Below are positions 44,702 to 59,851 of a stretch of 64,000 bases of DNA, piece by piece (the stretch's first letter is position 1; each line of letters begins with the position of its first letter). This DNA is from the human T2T-CHM13v2.0 reference genome, Homo sapiens: assembly GCA_009914755.4 (NCBI GenBank), contig CP086569.2, positions 13,472,001 to 13,536,000 on the forward strand. The letters are read 5' to 3'. The position numbers and the translations under genes were made by a program. The notes beneath the pieces were generated by a model. That model searched no databases. It was not told the origin of the DNA and saw only the letters and a program-made list of their open reading frames with translations.

Positions 44702-44955
44702 TTGTTCGTTTGTTTGTTTTTGAGACAGAGTCTCACTCTGTCACTCAGGTTGGAGGGTGAAGGCAGGATCTTGGCTCACTGCAATCTCTGCCTCCAGAGT
44801 TCAAGTGGTTCTCCTGACTCTGCCTCCTGAGTAGCTGGGATTACAGGCATATGCCACAATGTCAGGCTAATTTTTTGTGTTTTTAGCAGAGGGGGTTTCT
44901 CCATGTTGGCCAGACTGATCTTGAACTACTGACCTCATCTGATCCAACCGCCTCA
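44702..44955 (-). mobile_element. Alu, truncated at its 5' end
   Basis: tttttgagacagagtctcactctgtcactcaggttggagg...gatccaaccgcctc. Confidence 0.85.
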
Positions 44956-45202
44956 AGAACAGTAATTTTAAAGGTAAATCCAGCAGTTATTATACAGAAA
45001 TTAAAACAAGCTAATTTTGACATAAGAAAAATAACTCATAAGAATATTTTATCTAAGTTAAAGCATAGAAACCAGCAAGAACATATAATGATAAACAGTA
45101 AAAAGTGAACAGATATAGTAAAAGAGCCACTGAAAGCAAGAAAACTCATTTTTTACACAACCAGAAACTTCTGAAAAACATCCACCTAAAAACATATGAT
45201 TA

Positions 45203-45948
<746 letters not shown>

Positions 45949-45949
45949 A

Positions 45950-46110
45950 ATTAGCCAGGGATGGTGGCATGGAACTGTAGTGCTGCCTGCTTGGGAGGCT
46001 GAGGTGGGAGGATCGCTTCACCCAACGAGGTCAAAATTGTAGTGATCTGTGATCTCACCACTGCACTCCAGCCTGCATGACAGAGCAAGACCCTGTCTCT
46101 AAAAAACAAA
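45950..46110 (+). mobile_element. partial Alu (right-arm fragment)
   Basis: ttagccagggatggtggcatggaactgtagtg...gcactccagcctgcatgacagagcaagaccctgtctc. Confidence 0.6.
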
Positions 46111-46266
46111 ATTAAATAATATTAGTAGTAATTAAAATCAGGTATGGCTTTGGAAACAGGTAAAACATCTAATATGAGAAAATATGGAGAAGAAAACTTG
46201 TCTAAAATGCCATTACATTATACATTTAGCAACCGGACAAGCATCATATAGAAATAGGTCAGAGTC

Positions 46267-46576
<310 letters not shown>

Positions 46577-47528
46577 TCAGAGTCACTGGTCTTATTGTCT
46601 AAGATATTTGCACTTTTTGCCTAATGACCAAGAGAATTAAAGAGCATGGATACAAAGGGTGAGGTTGGAGCAAAAATTTAATAAGCGAAAGAAGAAAGGT
46701 CTCCACAGTGGAGAGGGGGAGGCTCCCTGGCTTGCCATTTTTACAGTTCAATTATAAAGCTTTTATATGAACCCGCTCTCATCTCTTTAGCAGTTTGAGT
46801 AACTTCTCTTATCAGTAAAACTGTCTGTGCAACTCCCCTTATCTTATGCAGCTGCAGATATGTCTCTAGACAAGCACAAAGTGCTGCTTCTCTTGTATGT
46901 ATAACTGTGGGTTTGTTTTATGTAAGGCCCCCTCCTCCCTGTGAAATTTCCCTTGATGTATAAGCCTGAAAAGGGGACAAAAGTTTTTCCTGGGAGGCTG
47001 CTAATCACAAAAGAACAAAAGACTTCTATGGTGAACCCTGCCTGCTTATCTGTGCAGGTACAGTCTTAAGTTTTCCCCAGGCTTCTCTATTTTGCCTGTA
47101 GCTGTGTTTTTTCAGGCAGGCTGCTTCTCCAAGGACCATTCTTAACTGTTTGCCTAACTGATTTTTCCTTTACTTCTGCCTCAATATTAGCACTAGTTTC
47201 CCCACTTTGTGTTGACTTTCAGTAGATCACAGCCAGGGAGATGGGCCATTAAGCAGATCATCTACAAACGGGTTTAGGATAAGACACATGGAGCAGTATG
47301 AAAAAACCAAAACTGATTTACTCAAACACCAACAACTAAATGTGTTTGTAAAAGCTTGAGCAAAAGGGCACAGATGTTTTGGTCACTGCATTTGTTTGAA
47401 ATTTGCTGTGTCAATGATGTATCTTGCAATTTTTATCCAAAGTAGTATAGTATTTCTGTGACATATTTAACTAATGTCAAAATTTTTAATATGTGAGTAA
47501 AATTATGATATTATTTAAGAATCTTATG

Positions 47529-50500
47529 CCTGGCTCAAGATGGCTGAATAGGAACAGCTCCATCTGTAGCTCCTGGTGATGCCAAAAGAGAAGGTGGGTA
47601 ATTTCTGCATTTCAAACTGAAGTACCCAGTTCATCTCACTGGGACTAGTTAGACAGTGGGTACTGCCCACAGAGGACGAGCAGAAAGAGGGTGGGGAGTT
47701 GCCTCACTCGGGAAGTGCAAGGGGCCCAGGTCCTGCCTCCCCTAGCCAAGGGAAGACAAGAGGGACTGTGCTATCTGGCCTAGATACTACACTTTTCCCA
47801 TGGTTTTTGCAGCCCACAGACCAGGAGATTCCCACGTGTGCTTACACCATCAGGGCTCTGGGTTTCAAGCACAAAAGTGGGACATTGTTTGGGCAGACAC
47901 TGAACTAGCTGCAGGAGTTTTTTTTGTTTTGTTTTGTTTGTTTTTTTTCATATCCCAGTGGCACCTGAAACCCCAGGAAGACAGAACTCTTCACTCCCTG
48001 GGAAAGGGGATGAAAGCCAGGGAGCCAAGTGGTCTCTCTCAGCAGGTCTTACTCCCATGGAGCCCAGCAACCTAAGAACATCTGGCTTGAAATTTTTGCT
48101 CCCAGAACAGCAGTCCAAAGTTGACCTGAGATGCCCAAGCTTGGTGCAGGGAGGGGCACCTGCCACTACTGAGGCTTGAGTAGTTGGCTTTCCCCTCACA
48201 GTGTTAAGGAAGCTGCCAGGAAGTTCGGACTGGGCAGAACTGACCACATGGCAACAAAGCGACTATAGCCAGACTGCCTCTCTAGATTGGTCCTCACTGG
48301 GCATGACATCTCTGAAAGAAAGGCAGCAGTCCCAGTCAGGGGCTTATAGACAAAACCCCTGTCTCCTGGGGACAGAACACCTGGGGAAAGGGGTGGCTGT
48401 GGGCACAGCTTCAGCAGACTTAAACATTCCTGCCTGCCAGCTCTGAAGAGAACAGCAGATATCCCAGCACAGCACTCGAGCTCTGCTAAGGGACAGACTG
48501 CCTGCCTGCTCAAGTGAGTCCCTAACCCCCTTGCCTTGACTGGGAGACACCTCCCAGCAGGGGTCAAGAGACACCTCATACAGGAGAGCTCCAGCTGGCA
48601 TCAGGCAGGTGCCCCTCTAGGATGAATCTTCCAGAAGAAGAAGCAGGCAGCAATCTTTGCTGTTGTACAGCCTCTGCTGGTGATACCCAGGCAAACAGAG
48701 TCTGGAGTGAACCTCCAGAAAACTCCAACAGACGTGCGGAAGGGGAGCCTCACTGTTAGAAGGAAAACTAACAGACAGAAAGCAATAACATCAACATCAA
48801 CAAAAAGGACGCCCATACCAAAACCCCAACCAAATGTCATCAGCATCAAAGATCAAAGGTAGATAAATCCACGAAGATAAGGAAAAACCAGCACAAAAAT
48901 GCTGAAAACTCCAAAACTCAGAATGCCTCTTCGCCTCCAAATGATTGCAACTCCTCTGCAGCAAGGGCTCAAAACTGGGTGGAGAATGACTTTGATGAAT
49001 TGACAGAAGTAGGCTTCAGAAGGTGGGTAATAGCAAACTCCTATGAGCTAAAGGAGCACACAAGGAAGCTTAGAACCTTGATAAAAGGTTACAGGAACTG
49101 CTAACTAAAATAACCAGTTTAGAGAAGAACATAAATGACCTGATGGAACTGAAAAACACACCATGAGAGCTTCATGAAGCATATGCAAGTATCAATAGCT
49201 GAAACAAGCAGAAGAAAGGATATCAGAGATTGAAGATCAACTTAATGACATAAAGCGTGAAGACAAGGTTAGAAAAAAAAGTATGAAAAGGAATGAACAA
49301 AGCCCCCAAGAAATATGAGACTATGTGAAAAGACCAAACCTACAATTCTTTAGTGTATCTGAAAGTGATGGGGAGAACAGAACCAAGTTAGAAAACACAC
49401 TTCAGGATATTATCCAGAAGTTTCCCAACCTAGCAAGACAAGCCAACATTCAAATTCAGGAAATACTAAGATACTCCTCAAGAACAGCAACCCCAAGACA
49501 AAACAAAATCATCAGATTCTCCAAGGTTGAAATGAAGGAAAAATGTTAAAGGCAGCCAGAGAGCAAGGTCATGTTACCTATAAAGGGAAGCCCATCAGAC
49601 TAACAGGTGATCCCTTGGCAGAAACCCCTACAAGCCAGAAGAGAGTGGGTGCCAATATTCAACAATCTTAAAGAAAAATATTTTCAACTCAGAATTTCAT
49701 ATCCAGCCAAACTAAACTGCGTAAGCAATGGAGAAATAAAATCCTTTACAGACAAGCAAATGTTGAGGGATTTTGTCACCACCAGGCTTGCCTTACAAGA
49801 GCTCCTGAAGGAAGCACTAAATATGGAAAGGAAAAACCCGTACCAGCCACTGCAAAACATACCAAAATATAAAGACCAATGACACTATGAAGAAACTACA
49901 ACTAATTGTGCAAAATAACCAGCTACCATCATGATGACAGGATCAAATTCACACATAACAATATTACCCTTAAAGTAAATGGGCTAAATGCCCCAGTTAA
50001 AAGACACAGACTGGCAAATTGGATAAAGAGTCAAGACCCATAGGTGTGCTGTATTCAGGAGACTGATCTCATATGCAAGACACACATCAGCTCAAAATAA
50101 AGGGATGCAGGAATATTTACCAAGCAAATGGACAGCAAAAACAAAACAAAACAAAACAAAAAAGCAGGCGTTGCAAACTTAGTCTCTGATAAAACAGACT
50201 TTAAACCAACAACCATCAAAAAAGACAAAGGCATTACATAATGGTAAAGGGACAAATGCAACAAGAAGAGATAACTCTCCTAAATATATATGTATGCAAT
50301 ACAAGAGCACTCAGATTCATAAAGCAAGTTCTCAGAGACCTACAAAGAGACTTAGACACCCACACAATAATAATGGGAGATTTTAACACCACACTGTAAA
50401 TATTAGACAGTTCAACAAGACAGAAAATTAACAAAGATATTCAGGACTTGAACTCAGCTCTGGATCAAGCTGACCTAATAGATACCTATAGAACTCTCCC

Positions 50501-51108
50501 CACCGAATCAACAGTATATACATTCTTCTCAGCACCACATAGCACTTATTCTAAAATCGACCACATAATTTGAAGTAAAACACTCCCTAGCAAGTGCAAA
50601 ACAATGGAAATCATAACAAACTGTCTCTCAGACCACAACGCAATCAAATTAGAACTCAGGATTCAGAAACTCACTCAAAACCACACAACTAAATGGAAAT
50701 TGAACAACCTGCTCCTGCATGACTACTAGGCAAACAATGAAATTAAGGGAGAAATAAATAAGTTCTTTGAAACCAATGAGAACAAAGACACAATAAAATC
50801 TCTGGGACACAGCTAAAGCAGTGTTCAGAGGGAAATTTATAGCACTAAATGCCCACATGTGAAAGTGAGAAAGATAAAATCAACACCCTAACATCACAAT
50901 TAAAAGAACTAGAGATGCAAGAGCAAACAAATTCAAAAGCTAGCAGAAGACAAGAAATAACTAAGATCAGAGCAGAACTGAAGGAGATAGAGACAGAAAA
51001 ACCCCTTCAAAAATCAATGAATCCAGGAGCTGGTTTTTTTAAAAGGTTAACAAAATAGATAGACTGCTAGCCAGACAATAAAGAAGAAAAGAGAGAAGAA
51101 TCAAATAG
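47529..51108 (+). mobile_element. L1PA element, 5' UTR through ORF1 and the first third of ORF2, then truncated
   Basis: The 5' UTR starts CCTGGCTCAAGATGGCTGAATAGGAACAGCTCCATCTGTAGCTCC. ORF1 fragments: MKRPNLQFFSVSESDGENRTKLENTLQDIIQKFPNLARQANIQIQEI.... ORF2 ATG is about 49921; EN and early RT show stops. The L1 signal ends within ...ARQ.RRKERRIK.... Confidence 0.85.
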
Positions 51109-51142
51109 ATTCTCTTTCTCTCAGGCCTCTCAGGGGGTCAGA

Positions 51143-51339
51143 GGCCTCAGCCTCCCGAGTAGCTGGGACTACAGGTGACCGCCACCACACCTGGCTAATT
51201 TTTTTTTTTTTTTTTTTTTTTTAGGAGAGATGGGGTTTCACCATGTTAGCCAGGATGGTCTCGATCTCCTGACATCGTGATCGCCCACCTCCGCCTCCCA
51301 AAGTGCTGAGATTACAGGCGTGAGCCCCCACGCCCAGCC
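51143..51339 (-). mobile_element. partial Alu abutting the truncated L1
   Basis: gcctcagcctcccgagtagctgggactacagg...poly(T)...ggggtttcaccatgttagccaggatggtctcgatctcctgac...gcgtgagcccccacgcccagcc. Confidence 0.8.
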
Positions 51340-52488
51340 ACTTCAGTTTTCTTAAACAACTATTATATTCTAATTACAAATTTATATTTCTGACTTCCTC
51401 TTTTTCTTCTACTACATCAAAACTGTTTGATTAGGTTCACTTAGCATACTTAAGAAATGGTTTTTAAGTATAATAGCTTGAGCTGAATTTTGTGATGAAG
51501 GTAGAAAGAAACATTACAGCAGTTGCAAGATTTCGTACTAATAAGACTCTCCACTGATTACCAGGAAGTGGTAGAATCCTCAGTTTTTGTCTAATTTGGA
51601 AGAAATAAATCAGCCAAGAGATGCATAGCAAGGTTTAAGTAGCACAGTTTATTCAAGGAAAATAAAGGGCATCCCTAGACAGAAGTGGAAAATAGCTCTA
51701 GGCTGCTCCAGCTGGAAAAATCTGGAGTAGTGTTTATTTAAAGACACAGTACACTCTGAAAGACAAGGCCAAGCAGCCTGCTCAAGAGAATGAGCCAGCA
51801 GCAGATAGTGCTGCCAAGACTCCATGACAGTCTTATATGATTATTCATGGAGGAGCAAAAGGGGGTGACACTTGTAAGCATGTTTTAGGTTTCTTTGGGT
51901 GTGCATGCTATGTGGTTGTACATGCTAGTACACACATTGCATGTTTCATTAGCATCTAAAATCTCCACTCAAGGGTGTGCTTTTGATTATTATTATTATT
52001 GAGTAAAAGGCTACTCTAGGGCAAGTTATTGGAGGCATGCACATACTCATCAGTAGGGGAAGTCCCTGGCATGATTATCTCCAGCTGGCCCTCAGTAAGT
52101 CCCCTTCAGGGCCAGAGGAGCTCAATCACAAGGCCAAAAGTATCCCTTGTAGCCACTCTCTTTTTTGCTGTCAGTAAGCAGCATCTCCAGGTCTTATTTC
52201 CCCAGCAGCATCCTTGGCTGTTCATTTCTGGCTATCTGCCTACTCTAACACACCTATGTAATCTATTATTTAGTTAAAAATTATATTCATCTTGGGTATG
52301 ACAAAAATAAACCAAAAAAAATTAGGGTGAAGATAGTAAATATGCTCATTATGACTGTGAGAGATTATATTCCTAGAATAAAAGTGTTTATATTCTAAAG
52401 AATCTAAAGAATTTATTTCCAAAAGATCTGTGCCTACTAAGTAATTCAACATTGGAAAAAAGTAATTAATTATTCAGCTGAAAATTAT

Positions 52489-52790
52489 CAGCAGGGTATG
52501 GTGGCTCACACCTGTAATCCCAGCATTTTGGGAGGCCAAGGCAGGTGGATCACAAGGTTAGGAGTTCAAGACCAGCCTGGCCAAGATGGTGAAACCCCTG
52601 TCTCTACTAAAAATATGAAAAGTAGCTGGGCATGGTGACACACACCTGTAGTCCCAGCTACTTGGGAGGCTGAGGCAGAGAATTGCTTGAATCCGGGAGA
52701 TGGAGCTTACAGTGAGCCGAGATTGTGCTACTGCACTCCAGCCTGGTGACACAGCGAGACTCCTTCTCAAAAAGAAGAAAAGAAAATTCT
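52489..52790 (+). mobile_element. Alu
   Basis: agcagggtatggtggctcacacctgtaatcccagcattttgggaggccaaggcaggtggatcacaagg.... Confidence 0.9.
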
Positions 52791-53631
52791 CTAGCACATT
52801 CTAAAATTTGTAAGTATACACAGAAGAAAACAAATTAAAGGGAAGAAGGACAACCTTTAACCTCTTTATTCAGTAATTCTATAGTAATATTTTACAATGT
52901 ATATCATCCCAAATAAAAGGGGCAGAAACATAGTTTAAATTTACTTACTTTTTAAATCCTCTAAAGTTACTTAAGCAAAAGAAAGTAATATGGATAGCAA
53001 GATTGAATGGGCAAAAAAGGGATATAAACATTCCTCACTGAGTGTTGGTGACTATGTACCTTATATAAAAAATATATTGCCAATCAAAAAATTAAAAACA
53101 GATGATGAACGATTCTTTACTCAGTTATATTTTTTAAATACAGTATAAATATTTCAAAGCTGCTGTATGTCAAAAAGAGAAAACTCATACATTCATATCA
53201 AAATGTCAAAATATTTTCTATTTCAATAGAAAAAAAGTTTAAAGAAAGCCAAAAATGAAGTCGAACTACACATATAAGAAAATAAGAATGAAAGAAGTCA
53301 GTAAGAACAGAGTTTAATAAATCACAGGTTAAAATTCAGAGAGGTAAAATCTTTTAAATAAAAACTTATAATTCTTGGAGCTCTGATGAGTTTTTCCAGA
53401 GACATGGTAAATGAAAAGTTTTCTGCTGAAAGCTGATCAATCTGCATAAAGAATAAAGAATTCTATTTGCAACTTAAACATTATTACATTAAAATTCTGA
53501 GACTAGAGTAAAAATCTGAGTACTACCAAAATTTATTTTCAGAATCATACTGATTAAGCAATATGAGTTAAAAAAAAAAAAGGCAAGCCAATATGAAGTT
53601 AAAAATTTACACACGTTTGTTTGTGTGTGTG

Positions 53632-53878
53632 TTTTAAGAGACTGGCTATCCCTATGTTGCCCAGGCTGTCCTTAAAATCACGGGTTTAGGCAGTCCTTCT
53701 GCCTTTGCCTCCTGAATAGCTAAGACTATAGGTATGTGCCATCATGCCAGCTAATTTTATTATTTTTATTTTCTGTAGAAATGGTGTCTCATTATGTTGT
53801 TCAGGTTAGTCTCAGTGATCTTTGCAGTTTGGCCTTCTAAAGGGCTGGGGTTGTAGGTGTGAGCCATTGCACGTAGCC
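53632..53878 (-). mobile_element. old diverged Alu (AluJ/FRAM-like)
   Basis: ctatccctatgttgcccaggctgtcc...gcctcctgaatagctaagactataggtatgtgcc...gggttgtaggtgtgagccattgcacg. Confidence 0.7.
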
Positions 53879-53957
53879 TCTCAAAACTTTTAATAGTAAT
53901 AGTTGCTACGAAGAGATACAGGTTACTTGAGTACTCAAAATATGCAATGTTCTGGGG

Positions 53958-54372
<415 letters not shown>

Positions 54373-57300
54373 CTACATAGAACATCGCCAGGCTTCTATC
54401 CACACCTGGGCTGTCCAGTATATAGCCACTAGCCAGATGTGACTAATGGAGCACTTGAAATATGACTAGTTGAAACTAACAGGGGTAAAATACACAGAAG
54501 ATTGAAGAAAAAAAGAATGTATAATTTACATATTGAAATAATATATTTAATATATTTACTTAAATAAAATATATCATTAAAATTGATTCTATCTGGGTTT
54601 TTTAAACTTTTCTATATGGCTAGCAGAAAATTTAAAATTACAGACGCAGCTCACATTTGTGGCTCACATAATATATCTAATAGTGCCAATCTAAGATATA
54701 TGCTGTGGACATGTTAAATATATGAAGACAAAAAATAAGCAAAAAGGGAATATTTACATCAGATCACCAATCCACAAGATCCAGTTTTGCTTACTTTCAA
54801 ACTGAAAGGAAAAGACATTTTTCAACATGATACCACTCTATTTGCATAAGCTCTCCCAACTCTCCTAAACTAACATTAAAGTTTGGGAATGTGGCACTTC
54901 TAACTGAAGTGCTAAGCAGAAAGAATTCAATGGATCTGGTTAAGCAAATTGAACATAAGATTAATTACAAGACCCAGTCAAGTAAAGGCAAACTTCATTT
55001 AATATAGACTTCATTCAGAAAGGTAATTCTAAGGAAATTCTACAGACTCAAATTTCTCTATTGACTTATATCAACAAATTGAATACATGTAATAACTTGG
55101 GGCATAATTATTTTAAATTGTTTTACTTTTAAGTTTGAGGCAATGTAAACTAAAGCATAAGGTCCCCTTAGTTTACTAGTTTAGAATATATGGATAGACC
55201 AAATATTACTATTTTTCACTAATCACTTTTGGTTTTCATCTTACAAACTCAACTATGTAATTTAAAACTTGGTTTGTTATAAATGAATTCATGTTGTTCA
55301 GATTTGCCAGTTACTCCAGGCTTATAACAACCAAAACAGAAAGCAAAAAGAAAGTCTGGTGGGCTGCCACTATTTAAGATTACAGACAAATAAAAATTTG
55401 GATAAACACAAAGTCTATATAACCACATGCCTCAAACTGCAGTTATACATGTCCTGAAGTGGTTTATCATCAGCAAGGAGCATGGATTGAACAGGTGACC
55501 AATAAAGTGGATTTACATCCCGTGAATCAAAGCTCAATCATCTTCCATTGGCATGAGAAGAGGAGGTGGCCAATCAGAGGTGTACAAATGGTAGCATAAT
55601 ACCAGATATCTAAAAGTATACTAGGTAATGATAAATTTGGGAGAAGGAGAAGTACAAATGAAATTAACCACGTGGATCATTATACTAGAAAGAATACTGA
55701 CACTTCACAAAGGTAGGTGTAATTGGAAAATTTGTTTCAAATTACAGAATAAATTCTTATATATTTTTTATTCTGTAAGCATATTTTAATAATTTACAAA
55801 TAACAAAATCCTTAACTTAAAACAGCATATTATGATTAATTTGCTTCCTTATCTTCAATAAGAATTTCTAGTTTGAGAAGATGCCATGGAACATCAGGAT
55901 CATTTTCCATCACTGTCAAAAAGGGCCTCAGATTCTTCACTTCACTATCTGTGTTTAGGAGAACCAGAAGCACTGCACTTATAAAAGAGATTTACTGGTA
56001 CATTTTAGTTTAGACTATAAGAAATAATAAACAGATCAACACTCTTCTTGCACAGACATTTCCAAGATCCTGCATAAAGATCTAGCAGTTTTTGCTTCCA
56101 CAAGAAACCAAAGACAACTTTTCTAACATCAGCAAACTATTTCCTTGAGGTTGAATTCTAGAATATTTTCTCTCCTCTGGCTCTAGGTGAGTTCATCCAT
56201 ATCCGAGATTGTTATAAATATTCTTTGTCCAGAAAAGAGAAATGATACAGCTGACAAATACAGATTCTAATGCCACCAAAACTAGATCAAAATTTCAAAA
56301 AAGTTTCTGACTGTAATCCCAAAAGCTATTGATGTTTTTATTCCTCAAAGATGGTGGATTTACAATTGTTAGCATGCCTCAGCTACTTGGCAATAGGAAG
56401 ATGGTGCATTAAGATTAACTCTGTGCACTTTAATTCAAGAAGGAAAGTGGAAATCACTGGAATCATGAAGGACAGTCCACATCCTGGGGAAGAGAACATC
56501 AGCAAACAGCCCACGTGAAGATGTCTGCCATAAAAGTTAGTGAAGCCCCAGTATGGGGGAGAGGCAGAGAGTCTCCTTCTGTGACTCAGCTTTCCACTGG
56601 GGATCCCAGACTGAGGGAGAACACATTGTTTCTTCCAAGCCCTGGAGCTGACATGGGAAGAGGCTTAGAAATACTGAGAAAACTACAACAGGCAAAGCTG
56701 CGGGCATTTTCCCAGACTCTGGACTAGAGAAGGAGGCCATTTTTAATCTGGGAACATACAACGTCAAAGTCAGCCATTATCTGGCCACCTGGCAGTGTAT
56801 CCATGCAGGAATTTTAGCCTCGGGCGGAAGAACGGAGCACCTGGAGAGGGATAGGGGCTTCCACAGCCAGAACTGTGGAAGAAGCCTCGGCAGTAGAAGC
56901 TGGAATTGTGCCCTCCCCAGCCGCAGGCCTGGAAGGGATGAAGGGGCAAGTGTGGAAAGCTTCTACAGCTGCAGTTTCTCTTGGGTAATAAGACTTGCAG
57001 CTAGGTCCAGCTTGGTGACCTGGAACTGGTCTGCATGTGCCATTGCTGGATGCCCCACTCTGCTCCCCTGAGATTGCAGTGCAGTGGGGCCTTCTCCGAT
57101 CCACACCCAAGCAGAAATCTAGGCATTCGGAATACCAGCGTGTCTGAACTAGCAGCCTGAGCTGCCCACCCTTCCGGTGCAGAGATCCATGTGCAAGGGG
57201 TGCCCTCTGTTTCACACTCGCAGATCTCCAGGCATTTAAGAGAACCCTCTTGCCTGGTTCAGCGGCCTGAGTCAACTTACCCTTTCTGTGCAGATATCCT

Positions 57301-57770
57301 GGTGCAGGGGGCCCTCCCTACCCAAACAGATCGTTAACCGTCTGAAACCCCGACTGTCTTGGATTAGGAGTTTAGGCTGTCGTCCATCCCTAGGCAGAGA
57401 ACGTGAGTCCACGGAAGTTTCCCAGCTCCACCGCTGGGCACACCTCCAGGCGCTTGGTGGCTGCCCAGTGGATTCTCCCTTGGTGCTAGTGTCCGTGCCT
57501 GCCTGCCATCACCGGACTCGCAGGCAGATCTAACTGGTCCAGTCCCATTCACCTTGGTCCCTCCGCCCCCAGTGGCACAGCAGGGAGCTCAGACCACTGT
57601 GCACTCCACAAACCAACCCACTGCCTGAGGTAACGGAGCTTCTCGCTGGAAACAAGGATCAAGTATATACTCAGCCTATTCGCTGTAGCTGGTTCTTAGC
57701 AATGAGCACCATCTCCTGGCTTATCGCTCAAACTACAGGGCTCAATAAAAGCCCAATATAAAAAAAAAAA

Positions 57771-59820
<2,050 letters not shown>

Positions 59821-59851
59821 AAAAAACTTTTAAAATTCATTTTTGTTTGTA

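Noticed and set aside
56814-57275. 153-aa minus-strand ORF in the GC-rich segment.
   Set aside because: No recognisable motif. It is proline/alanine/arginine-rich, as expected from GC-rich non-coding sequence, and overlaps opposite-strand ORFs of similar length. Treated as spurious.
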